A stretch of 64,000 bases of DNA from an uncultured Clostridia bacterium (lineage in GTDB: Bacteria > Bacillota > Clostridia > Christensenellales > UBA1242), in assembly GCA_944381825.1 (NCBI GenBank), contig CALWMK010000001.1:13598-77597 (forward strand), in the 5' to 3' direction. A model generated the notes under the pieces. The model searched no databases and was not told the DNA's origin. It worked only from the letters and a program-made list of their open reading frames with translations. The first letter of the stretch is position 1; every line of letters starts with the position of its first letter. The position numbers and the translations under genes were made by a program. Below, piece by piece: positions 1 through 11,800 of this stretch.

Positions 1-3000
1 TCAAATGCCTCAACAACAAATTCAATCACATCGCCATTAAAGCAATTTGTTCTACTAGCATCATATTTTATTAAAATTTCATTATTTTGTTCTAAAATTT
101 GGTTTTTTGAAAGTCTTATGCCATTAGAAAGCATTGTTGCTCCTGCTTTTACATTCCCCATTTCGTCTATCCACGAAACAATAGCATTTAATTGACTATT
201 AGAACTATTCCATTTTATTTCTGCATAATCAAACTCAGAATTCAAAGGGAAAAATTCAATTTTTAAATAATTAGGTTCATTAGGAGATAAATAGTTAGTT
301 GTTGAGCCTCCACTTCCAATTTGAAGGTTACCATTATTGTCAAATAAAGGAAATGAATTTACTAAAATAGTTTTTAGTGTTTGATTTATCACATTTACTT
401 CTAGTCCATATTCACATTCGTTTTTTGCTTTAAAATTAATAAAATATTGACCTTGATAATTTTCATTGAAGCCTTCATTGAATTTGGATTCAAAAAAATA
501 ATTAATTTTATTTAATTTTAATATTTTATTTAAAGTTATTTCATCTCCTTCATCATTTTTTAAAGCAAACTCAATTTCTTGACCAATTGCTTGTTGCAAA
601 AGCATTGAAACATCAAGATTTTGTGATTCATAATAATTAATTGAAGAGATATCTGAAATATTATGTTCGCTTACAAACAACAGTCCGTTTAAAATATATA
701 AATACAAATCTTTTGAATTATCTTCATATTTTAAAGTTAAAATAAATTTTCCATTATCTTTAAAATTGCTTGCAACAGAAATCTCGTAAACCCTATTTTT
801 TTCCTTTACATCAAAATAATTGTCTTTTTTGTAATTTTCATTAACTTTTACACTTGAAATCTCAAGCTTTTCATTAAAATCATCTGTAATAACTTCTAAA
901 TTTAATAAAAATCTATCATTTGGCTCAATATTATTATACATTTCAGTTTCACTTGAAATTTTTTCAGCACCCTTTTTATGTTCAACATTAAAAAGCAGAT
1001 TATTATTATATAAATTATCTGAAACATAGTAATTATTACCATAATAAATTGAATATTTTGCGTTGATTGAGAGACTTTGCATGCCCGCATCTCCCACTGC
1101 TTCTAACAAATAAAGTTTTCCAACTTTGTTAAAATTCACATGCTTTTCAGAAGTTATCTCATCTTCAAATAAAACAATTTCATCACCTGAAATAATTTCA
1201 ATTGTATATCCATTAATTACAATATCATTGGCAAAAGTTTCAATTTTAATTGGAATATTTTGTCCTTCATATATTGTTATTGTTTTTCCAATTGTAATAA
1301 GGTTTTCTTGTGTTGTTAATGAATTTAAATACAAATTATAACCATCGACAGCTCCAACCACATAGACAAGAACATCAACGCTATATTTTTGATTCAAATT
1401 AGATATTACCTTTATTCTTGCAATCCCTCGTCCATTTACAAATAATTTTCCGTCATTTGTAATACTTATAATATTATTATCAAAAGAAATTAAACTAACT
1501 TCACCATCAACTTCAAAAGGTAATTCTTGAAGATTAAAAGAATTCAGTTTGTCTTGTTCAACACTGTTTTTTGCCTCATAAAAATATGTATAGGCCATGA
1601 TAGTTGTCGAATTATTACAATTTAAAGCATAAGGAGTTTTGCCATCAATTTCAATTTGACTTATTAACACTTGTGAATCTTTTATTTCAAATTGATTTTG
1701 ATAAAATCCATTTGAGCCTCCTAACAATATATCACCAAAATAATTATCATAATTTGCAATTTGATTAGGCTCAACAAAAGTTCTCGAAATAAAGGTTTGA
1801 GCTTTCAAGCTATCATTGGAAATCTCTCCATCATTTTCTGTTGCACCAAAGATTTGCACCTTGGCATTTTTAGTGTAAACATAAGGGTCATCATCTGTGC
1901 CTGTACCATTAACATTCAAACCAAAATTTTTGGAATAAATCAAACTTAAATCAACTCCCAAAGATGAAGCATCTTCAATATTTTGCAAAACACTATTTGT
2001 AAAAATTGCAGATTTTTCACTGAAAGCAACCAAACCTGCTAAATATGCTTCCTTTGCAAAATCGGTAATTTCACCCAAACTTCTGACTTTTACTCTGCTT
2101 ACAATTCTATCGGCAAAACCACTATTTATTCCCAAAACTCCACCCAAGTAATTGTAAGCTTGATTAGCCAACTCAATTTTACCAAAGGCTTTTAAATAAT
2201 TTGAGTAATTATTTTCATCAAAGTTTATTGCGCTAGCAAAAATTCTTCCATTAGTGGTATTTTTACCAGCAATAGCACCAACAGCAAAATTGGTATTTTC
2301 GGCTGAATTTGGAACATTTTTTTCACCATTAATGCTAAGATTGGAAATTACATAATAATTTTCATCATTATAAAGCTTTATCCTTGCATTTTCAATCCTT
2401 TCAATACTACCATTATTGATTCCAACTACCCCTCCAAAATAGCTTTGATTTTGTTTGCCTTGCATTGCATAAAAAGTTTGGAAAACCGAATCTTTTAAGG
2501 TTATTAAATTAAAATTATTGTAGGAATAAATTTTTTCCAAAAATTCATAATTTCCACCAATATTGGTAGCAATCTTACCATTATTTTCTCCCACAACTCC
2601 ACCAACAGAAATCATTTCAGTTGTGAGAACTTTAATCATACTATTTTCTAAATTGACATGAACATTTTGTAAAGTGCCAAAATTTTCGCCAGCTATAAGT
2701 CCAACTTTTGCATTTTTATTAAGTTCTAACTCAATTTTTCCACTTATTTGTAGATTGGAAATTACACCAGTGTTTTTAGTAAATAGTCCACCATATAAAA
2801 TTCCATCAATTTCTTTTGTGCTTTTAATATTCAATCCTACAATTGAGCCTTGTCCAACACCATTAATTGAACCACTAAATTCACCTAAAGGTGAAAAATC
2901 AATTGCACTTAAATCAATTTTAGAGGTAATCATATAATGTTTGTCAAGACCAGACTCAGCTATGTTTATCAGTTCATCAGCTGTTGAAATCATAAAAGGC

Positions 3001-5828
3001 GAATTTTGGTTCCCATCTCCAACTATTACAGGAATTTTTAAAGAATTATTTGGATTTTCAATAGTATTTGAAATACTACTCTTTGGAATAATAATTAAAT
3101 TACCAGTTCCACCACCATTATTTGCATATGTAAGTCTAACACCATTATTATTTATTGATTGCAACGAAACAATATTCCCAAAAGAATTAGAGCTTGGCTC
3201 AAATAAAAATATTAAGTCTTTATGAATAGCATCTTGAGGTAGAATATAGGTATATAAGTCAACAAATTGATGTGTAGGAGATAAATAAATTTGAGGGATA
3301 TAATTAGAAGTTCTAACTTCGCTAACTTGTACATATTTTTGCGGAATAACTTTAAACGAAGCTACATAAATTTCATTAAAATATTTAACACTTGCATAAA
3401 TATAGAATTCTTCAGGCAAATCCTTTCCAGAATAATCTAATTCAAACTCTCCAGTAATTAAGTTATAAGAGCCTAAATTTGTAACATATAATATTTTTTC
3501 ACCTGCAATGTAAGTATGCGGTTCAGAAGCTGATAATGAAATATAAACATTGGTATCTGTCAACAAATCTATATTACTATTAATAGAACCAAGTAAATTA
3601 GATTCTTTTGACAAATTTTTATAATAATAGCCTAGGTCACCATAGTTATAAAGTGAAATACTGCTTTTTTCAAATTCCACTCCTTCAAATGGTATATAAG
3701 CTCTTACATCAAGTGAACCTGTAAAGTGGTTTTTATCAAATTGTTCATCACCTTGCTGAGGTGTGATTAATTGAAAATCGTCTACAACTTTTACAACAAT
3801 TGAGTAGTCCAACACCTTTCCATCAAATCCAGCTTTGTCACATCTAAGATTAAGCATTAAATTATCAAGCCTTACATTTTCATTGTCCACTGCTTGAATA
3901 TCTAAATTGTATAGTTGTGTATTTAAAATATTATAATCTTTTGGTTCTGTTTTTAAAACAAGTTGCAAATTAGATGTGTAATTGTCGTTTTCTAATACTA
4001 ATCTTGTATCTAAAGCTGTTAAATTGCCATTATAATATGTTTTATCCGAAATATATGTTGAATTTTCTTCATCTACATCTAGATTTAATGACTGTAATTT
4101 TTCTATAACAGTTATTTTAAAATCTCTAAAAACACCATTTGGAAGTACAATTCTCCATGTACTTTCACCAGCTTTTTGTGGCATTAAATCTAAAATCAAA
4201 TGTTTTTTTGAATCAATTATTTCGGTTTGAATTGGATTAATTTTAATATCTATTGTATTGATTCCATTGGAAGAAATACAATAGATTGATGAGTCTTCTA
4301 TAAAAGCATTCACATCATTAACATAGAAACCCTTAAATTGTTTAGTTCCTTCTTCTAAACTTATAAATAATCCATCATTTGAGTTGTATTTATCTAAAAT
4401 TGCCAAAGAATTTGCACCAGTTTTTACAACATATGAAATGCTAATAGAAATATCTTCATTGTTGTCAATGCCTTGCGCTTCTCCCCAAATCAATTTGAAT
4501 TTTAATGTTATTTTTTTCCCGTCAGTTTGATTTATTCCTCTTGCAATAATAGGAAGATTGGTATTTGTAATTTCAGTTGAATTACCATTTTCAAAAATCG
4601 ACAAACCTCCTATTGTAAAATTAATATAATCAGTCACATTTCCAGCAAGTCCATCTTCTAAAACTGCCGTAACTTCAATCTTGTCAAAAATTGAGTTATA
4701 AGGAAGAATTGACAAATTTTGCACTGATTTAATAGTAGAATAAGCTCCATCAAACAAGGTTTGAATTTCTGGAGATTCAGAGTCATTTAATAGAATTTGG
4801 TTAGGAGCCTCATCAACAATTAATGAAAATGTCCTATAAATTGCATACTCTTCGTAGCCATAATAATATACCTTAAAAACAATCGTAGTTGTACCACTAT
4901 TTAAACTTTGAAGTTCGAAATCAAAAATGATATTGTCATTTTCAAAATACGACTTTGAAATGTCGAACTCGGAACATTGCACAATTGAATTAGAGAGAAC
5001 CATTCTTTCAATTCTTATTTTTGAGTTGTCGCCACTTTTTATAACATTTTTAAGTATTTTTCTAGCAAAATCTTTTCTGTTTGAAATAAAATGTAAGTCT
5101 TTGTAACTTGTTTGAAGTGAATCTTGTTCTTTTGAATAAACATGTTCTGGCTCATCTTTCACATCATAAATTTCAACGCTGGATATTTCGTCGATGATTT
5201 GAACTTCAAATTCTATTGTTTTTGATAGAAATGGAGATTTCGCTGTCACCTTAACCTTATTTGTATCAAAATTTTTAGGGTCAATTTCAGTTATTAAGTT
5301 TCCTTCTATATCAAAAAACTCAATTTGTGTTTGTGAAGTGTTTTGTGGTGTAAATTTAAAGAAACTTGATGATAGCATAAGTTTTTTTGGATTGTTTTCG
5401 CCCTTTACTGCAAAAAGATTTACATCATCTTTAAGAACAAAATCTTCAATTGCCAAAGATACATTAATTTCAATTTCAATGCTTTTATTTCCCTCTTTTG
5501 TTGTTGCTTTTAAAAAACAAGTTCCAAAAGCCAAAGCATTAATTTGAACTGATGCGGTCGAATTATTTTTATCATAATCGGTTACTTGAGCAGTAATTAT
5601 ATTTGCGCTTGGACTTAATACAATTTCTCCGCTTGCACCTTTAGGCATGTCAGAAACTGAAAATTCAATTAAAGCAGACTCACCAACAGCTAATGATATC
5701 GAGTTATTAACAAGATTATTTCCACTTGCTGATATTTTCATATTCTCATATGTTTTAGTACAAGCAGAGAAAAACAAGCTTGTAAAAGCTAAAATCATTC
5801 CCATTAAACAAATATACACTTTTTTCAT
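1..5828 (-). CDS. Giant surface lipoprotein, paralog of the adjacent 6,042-aa protein. The window holds the N-terminal 1,942 codons; the 3' end lies beyond the left edge.
   Basis: ATG at 5826-5828 with a GGGAGA RBS 5 nt upstream. Hand translation of both ends is in one frame that stays open to position 3. The ORF is absent from the track only because no stop falls in the window, and no competing long ORF is listed here. The N-terminus MKKVYICLMGMILAFTSLFFSAC is a signal peptide plus lipobox Cys. GLUG-like turns are GGVVGINNG (about 2410-2436) and GGVLGINSG (about 2110-2140). Confidence 0.8.
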   Translation of the reverse strand, partial: MKKVYICLMGMILAFTSLFFSACTKTYENMKISASGNNLVNNSISLAVGESALIEFSVSDMPKGASGEIVLSPSANIITAQVTDYDKNNSTASVQINALAFGTCFLKATTKEGNKSIEIEINVSLAIEDFVLKDDVNLFAVKGENNPKKLMLSSSFFKFTPQNTSQTQIEFFDIEGNLITEIDPKNFDTNKVKVTAKSPFLSKTIEFEVQIIDEISSVEIYDVKDEPEHVYSKEQDSLQTSYKDLHFISNRKDFARKILKNVIKSGDNSKIRIERMVLSNSIVQCSEFDISKSYFENDNIIFDFELQSLNSGTTTIVFKVYYYGYEEYAIYRTFSLIVDEAPNQILLNDSESPEIQTLFDGAYSTIKSVQNLSILPYNSIFDKIEVTAVLEDGLAGNVTDYINFTIGGLSIFENGNSTEITNTNLPIIARGINQTDGKKITLKFKLIWGEAQGIDNNEDISISISYVVKTGANSLAILDKYNSNDGLFISLEEGTKQFKGFYVNDVNAFIEDSSIYCISSNGINTIDIKINPIQTEIIDSKKHLILDLMPQKAGESTWRIVLPNGVFRDFKITVIEKLQSLNLDVDEENSTYISDKTYYNGNLTALDTRLVLENDNYTSNLQLVLKTEPKDYNILNTQLYNLDIQAVDNENVRLDNLMLNLRCDKAGFDGKVLDYSIVVKVVDDFQLITPQQGDEQFDKNHFTGSLDVRAYIPFEGVEFEKSSISLYNYGDLGYYYKNLSKESNLLGSINSNIDLLTDTNVYISLSASEPHTYIAGEKILYVTNLGSYNLITGEFELDYSGKDLPEEFYIYASVKYFNEIYVASFKVIPQKYVQVSEVRTSNYIPQIYLSPTHQFVDLYTYILPQDAIHKDLIFLFEPSSNSFGNIVSLQSINNNGVRLTYANNGGGTGNLIIIPKSSISNTIENPNNSLKIPVIVGDGNQNSPFMISTADELINIAESGLDKHYMITSKIDLSAIDFSPLGEFSGSINGVGQGSIVGLNIKSTKEIDGILYGGLFTKNTGVISNLQISGKIELELNKNAKVGLIAGENFGTLQNVHVNLENSMIKVLTTEMISVGGVVGENNGKIATNIGGNYEFLEKIYSYNNFNLITLKDSVFQTFYAMQGKQNQSYFGGVVGINNGSIERIENARIKLYNDENYYVISNLSINGEKNVPNSAENTNFAVGAIAGKNTTNGRIFASAINFDENNYSNYLKAFGKIELANQAYNYLGGVLGINSGFADRIVSRVKVRSLGEITDFAKEAYLAGLVAFSEKSAIFTNSVLQNIEDASSLGVDLSLIYSKNFGLNVNGTGTDDDPYVYTKNAKVQIFGATENDGEISNDSLKAQTFISRTFVEPNQIANYDNYFGDILLGGSNGFYQNQFEIKDSQVLISQIEIDGKTPYALNCNNSTTIMAYTYFYEAKNSVEQDKLNSFNLQELPFEVDGEVSLISFDNNIISITNDGKLFVNGRGIARIKVISNLNQKYSVDVLVYVVGAVDGYNLYLNSLTTQENLITIGKTITIYEGQNIPIKIETFANDIVINGYTIEIISGDEIVLFEDEITSEKHVNFNKVGKLYLLEAVGDAGMQSLSINAKYSIYYGNNYYVSDNLYNNNLLFNVEHKKGAEKISSETEMYNNIEPNDRFLLNLEVITDDFNEKLEISSVKVNENYKKDNYFDVKEKNRVYEISVASNFKDNGKFILTLKYEDNSKDLYLYILNGLLFVSEHNISDISSINYYESQNLDVSMLLQQAIGQEIEFALKNDEGDEITLNKILKLNKINYFFESKFNEGFNENYQGQYFINFKAKNECEYGLEVNVINQTLKTILVNSFPLFDNNGNLQIGSGGSTTNYLSPNEPNYLKIEFFPLNSEFDYAEIKWNSSNSQLNAIVSWIDEMGNVKAGATMLSNGIRLSKNQILEQNNEILIKYDASRTNCFNGDVIEFVVEAF

Positions 5829-5899
5829 ATTTTTCTCCCATTTATGCAACCGAATAATTATTATAAAGCATTAAAGTTTTGTCGCAATTTATGTATTTA

Positions 5900-8800
5900 T
5901 TAAAGCAGTGAAACTCCCGAAAATGAACCGTCAAAACTAATAATCATATCTTGGTTTACTGGAACTTGTTTTAATTTATTGTCATAAAAATTTAAGAGCA
6001 TATTTTCTGTTGAAAGAGAGTCACCAATAGCATAAGGTTTTTTGTAGTCACCATTTAAAATTGCAGTTTTTACACTATAAGCAAATTTTTGTGAATATGT
6101 TTTTCCATCTATTTCACTAATTACCCAAGCAGTATAATTTCCCTCACTTGCTGTTGAAAATTGAACAATTTGATATTGTACTGGATTCAACTCTGTTGCG
6201 TAACCGTTTTCATCTACAAATGAAACCGTAGCCATTAATTCTTCACCAACGAGATATTCAGATTTTCCAAGTTCAATTATGATTGTGTTTATATAAATCA
6301 TATTCTCACCATCTGTAGGGATTTTAAAGATTATAATGTTACCAACAATATTTCCATTTCCAGCATTAACTTGTCCACCTTGATTGTAGGTAAATATGTT
6401 TTCGTTTTCTTTATACAAAATATTATTTAAAGTATTACTGCTTATTGCTCCAGCATTTCCTCCAAAACCACCAGCATTTATATTTTTATCCATTCCGCCA
6501 TTACCTGCGATAATTATTCCAGTGTTGCTAGCGGTTTTAACTTTACCATAATTTGTTAAAACACTTAAATTCGTTTGTCCATTTTCATAAATATATCCTG
6601 ACATATAATTGAAACAAACAATTCCTGAAGCATCACCACCATTTCCTACAATGATTCTATCATCGTCTGAGTCACCTCCAAATCCACCAATAACCTTTCC
6701 AGTGTTTTGACAGCCATTTAAAACTGCTTGTGAATCAATGTTAACATCGATGAAGTTCAAATTATCATCAACATCATAAACCATCGAATTGTAAACACAG
6801 ATTCCAGCAGCTTCTCCACCGTCTTGTGAATTATAAACTAAGGTTTTATTAGGAGAATTGTCTATTATTATGCCAGAAATAATATTGCCCTTTCCTCCAT
6901 TTCCAGCCTTTATTTCTCCAGTATTGATGGCATTGCTAATTGAACCCGCATTATAAACTGCAATACCAGCCGCATTCCCGCCTTTTCCTGCTGAATAAGC
7001 TTCTTTTAATTTTAATGTGTTATCTTCCAAAACGAAATAACTGTCACGACCATTTCCAGCGCTGACTTTTCCTCTATTATAAGTTTCCTTTGCATTACCA
7101 TCGTCTTTGATATCGCCAAAATTATAAACACAAATTCCACCAGCATCAGCACAAGCTGTTATTGTCGCTTGATTTGTACAATTTATAATTTCACCTCTAT
7201 TAGCTAAACAAATTCCACCAGCCAAACCAGTTTCATTATTAATGATGGCGGTATCTTTTGTAACACAATTTTTTATTATTCCATAATTTACTTGTGCAAA
7301 AGAGGTTTGAGTTAAAGTGCCATCAATTTTAAGGTCAGTCAAAGTCCCATAATTATTTTTAACAAAAGCATAATATGCATTTTGAAGTCCCAAATCATTA
7401 ATTGAAACTGCAAATTTTATACTACTGTCAAGACCCATTTTTGACCCATCAAGAGTTCCATAGAAATTGTTTATTACAAATTCATTTTCATTTTTTTCTA
7501 TAGAAACATTTTCCGTCAATTCAAAAACAAAGTTAATTGATTCATCACATTCATTAACCAAACTAACAAAATCATCGAAATTGTTGCGATTAATTTCAAA
7601 TGGTGCATTATTAGTTCCAGCACCTTCAAATGGTGTTTGTCTTTTAAAATTAATTAAGTTGTTTGAAAGTGCTTTAACTTTAAATTTTGCCATGTAAAAT
7701 TCTTTATAAAAATCACTTTGAATATTAGAACGATTATCCAAAACACAATTATTAATCTTTCCTCTTTCTCCCAAATCATTTGTTAACAAATCAGAACCTT
7801 GTGTAATTTTATCCTCTAAATTGTTAATTTCACAATATATTTTTAAGTTATTAACAGTGCCATTAACTCTTTCAAATAAGAATATGTTTCTTCCACTACC
7901 ACTATAGTAAATCGTTTTTCCATTTCCATCAATAGTGCAACCTTCTGGAACTTCCATTGCTTCTTTCAATGTTAAAATATCATCTGTAGTGCCAAAATCA
8001 TTTTGCAACTGTATTGTTGTGAAATCTTGATAAATATCATCTGGGTTTGCATTATATGCTTCAAACAAACTCAATGCCAATGAAAGTTCACTTAAGCTTT
8101 CAACTTTGCAAATTTTATTCTCAATTCTAAGTGGAGATGTGCTATATCCAATCATATTAGAACCATCAATATCTAATCTTAATGAGTTAAGTTCAGAAGG
8201 TTCACCTGCCAAACCAAATGATTCATATTGTCTGAAATTAAAATCAAATGAGCAATTAATAATCCAATCTATAAGGCTTTGTCCTATCGAATCTCCAATA
8301 TACCAAGAAATATTTTGCTTAAAGTTTCTAGAGTTTTGTCCATTTTGTCCATTTGATGAGCCTGTTCCACCTTTTCCACCAGAAGCCCAAATTTGTCCAT
8401 TATAATCTTTATCAAGCATTCTTCTATCATTTACGCTTTGTCCAATTTCACCACTAGTTGCAACAAAATTTTCTTTATTTGTTGAAGTTAAATATGAGAA
8501 AGCCAATGCTTGAGATGTATTTCCATTGTATCCATTTCCACCAGCGCCACCGCCACCGCCAGCATAACCAACATCACAGGTGCCAATAAATTGTCCCCAT
8601 AATTGACTATTTATATAAAGTTTGCCTGCTATAGAGGCTCCAGTGCCCAAATTTATGATTCCATTGCCTCCTCTTCCACCAGCACCACCTTGACCAGCCA
8701 AGCCAGGTAGTTGATAACTTTCAAATAGGTAATTCCCATCGTTGTAAGGAATATTAATATTAGATACACCAGCAACTCTTCCAACAATAACTGAACCACC

Positions 8801-11800
8801 ATTTCCTCCAGCGCCTCCGGCGCCACCAGCTCCTGCTGGTAAAATTTCGTAATTGAAAGTATGCATTAAGAAATCTGCATCTCCGCCAGATCCACCATTT
8901 CCTCCATTTCCTCCAGCACCGCCTTGACCAGAAATGACAATTCCAAAGTTATCTCCCGAAACATTAATATTTTTTTCTTCTACATTAATTAGCCCAACGA
9001 CACCACCTATTACACTTGCGTTTCCACCATGACCGCCATTACCACCGTTTGTTCCGTTTTCTGCACTCCTATTATTTTCTATATTTGCATATTTTCCAGA
9101 TTCTCCATCTTTTCCATATCTACCATTTCCACCATTTCCACCAACAAAACTACCAAAACTATAGCAATTTAAAATATTTCCAGTTGTTTCTCCTGCAATT
9201 CCAGCCAAAAAGTTTGCTGAAATACCATTTTCACCTAAATTATTACCATTTTTTCCACTAGTTCCAAACAATAGCATATAATTGTTTGAACTATTTATAA
9301 CTCCATTATTTGTTTGAACTAAACCTGATACAAAATGCTGGTTTTCATCTGATAATTTTTCCTCAACAACTTTTCCATTGGAAATTGTCTTTTTATAGCC
9401 AATAGTACCAAATGTAGTTACATCTTTAATGCTTCCATAGTTAAAATTGCTAAGTGGTGAAGCATCACTAGCGCCATAATTTAAATATAATATTTTTAAA
9501 TTTTCTATTTCACCCGTTTTATCAATATTATTAAATAATGACACTTGTCCTTGAGTTTCAAAGCTTACTAAGGAATCATTACCAAATAATAATCCAGCAA
9601 ATTTTTCATTAACTTTAACAGCTGTTCCAAGCGATAGATAATTTTTATCTAAAATCATAGAATTAGCATATTTAAGCGCATACAAAAATTGTTTTTCATT
9701 TTGAACTAAAAATGGGTTTTCTTTACTTCCATCGCCAATATTAGAAGGATTTTCATCTTCAATTTCAATGCTTTCAAATTCTTTATAATCAAAACTAATG
9801 GTGTTAGAATTTAAATTATGTTCTTTTTGCAAATATGAAATTGCATCGTCTGTCAAAAATTCTTTTAGCCTTTCTAAATCTATGCCAGTGTTTCCATCAC
9901 CTAATGAAAAATTGGCAGAATCCTCAAAAATAGGCATTCCATTGTTAAATGCTTTTTTATAACTCAAAACAAAATCTTCTCTTGGTTCATATCCATATAT
10001 ATCAACTTGATTAGACGCAATACCTTTTAAAGGTGTTCTTTCAGTTTTGTCCATTGTATATCTGAAATTTTGACTCAAGGCATGAACTTGTGTTCTATTT
10101 TCATAATCTTCACTTAGGTAAGAATTCATTGCCGTTGCATCCATAATTGACCATTGCTTGTAAGGTTGAATTTGAAGATATATGAATCCTGTTTGATCTG
10201 GAATAATTTGTTGATTATAAACCTCAAATTTTACAATCTTCTGACCCTCAGTTGATTCAACTTTTCCATTATTAAAGCAGTTATTTGCATTATAATTATT
10301 AGAAATAGCATTAGAAAATCCATAGTTATCGGTTTTTGCAAAAGTGATAGCCACCTTTCTTTGCATTTGTTCTAAAGTTTGTAAAGGTTCTGTTGCATTT
10401 TCATATGCCGAACCAATATTTTTTAAGCTTGTGAACCCTTTATCACTACCAGCTGAAATGTCTAATCCAGTATAATATAAAGCATATTCATCTTGAACAT
10501 AAATCTCAATATTTTTAGAAAATTCTATAATTCCACCATTTAAATCCAAATCGGTATATTCATTTGTAATTTCTTCAAAATCTTGAACTAGAGAGGTAAC
10601 CAAACCAAAATTTATGCAGTTTTCAATGTTAGAGGTTCTTCTGTTATCTTTAACATCGGCAGTAATTCCAGCTGAAAAAGCATTTGTTGCACTATTTGAA
10701 CCAGCAATAATTGCGCCTTGATTGTCACATTTTGTAACAAAAGTATCTTCTTGCAAACCAAACAAACCACCAGCATAACAAATGTTTTCACTTTTTTCGA
10801 GAGTTGTTGAAACTACTGAAGCGCTGTTTGTAACATCCTGTATAGTTGAACTTGAAACATAACCAGAAATTCCGCCAACATAGATGGTTCTTGAACTTTG
10901 TGCCTTAACATTCATTCCAAGATTTTTTACATTATTCAAAACAACACCGTCTAATCTTCCAGCTAAAGTTCCAACATAATAATTGTTCGCCTCTTCTGTG
11001 TTAACAATAACATTTCCTTCACTTAAAATTAGATTTGCGATATCGCAATTTCTTATAGTTGTAAATATTCCAAAGTATTGTTTGTCAATCTCAAAAGGTA
11101 TAGAATTTGAACCTATTTTTATTCCAGAAATAGATTGGTTGTTTCCATCTATATTTACATTTGTTATTTCTTCTATCACATCAAAGTTATAAACATCTGT
11201 AGGTTTAAATTCAATATCGTTTACACAACCCATGTCACTTGTAACTTTAATATTATTTATTAAAACAATATTTTTACGATTATTTGATGGATTATTTAAA
11301 TTATTTAATGCAGAAATTGCAGCAAGTCTTAAAACACCAATATTGCCAACTAAAATTTGTTGGTTTGCATTTATTCCCTCTATTTTTAAATAATTGTATT
11401 CTTCAGATATATAACTATTTCCAAAACTTGGGTATCCATAATTGTTCAAACCTTCAAATACAAAATTATCTGTAATATAGCTTGCGAAATTAATTTTACT
11501 TAATTCATTTTTAAAAGAATTTAAATTTTGCAAATCATTTTTTACTAAATCGTTTTCATTTATTTCAAAACCATTGTTCATTTGCGAGGTTATGAGCTTA
11601 ATTGCCTGACTTCCATCAGAAACTCCAGTTGCATAAACATCATAAAAACATGTTTTATCGGCACCAGCTCCAAATACAAATGAATTATATTTAATAGTTG
11701 AAGATTCAAGTTTCTCACTACTTGAATTGCAAGCTTGAGCAATTGAAAAACAAGATCGGACATCACCAAAAACTTTTTCGTTTTCTCCATCTAGTTTAAT

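Noticed and set aside
902-5874. Track ORFs on both strands inside the left 5.9 kb (for example 902-1090, 1126-1341, 2674-3225 and 5338-5874).
   Set aside because: All lie inside or antisense to the long open minus-strand frame of the partial giant lipoprotein. They have low-complexity, hydrophobic antisense-type sequences and no RBS.
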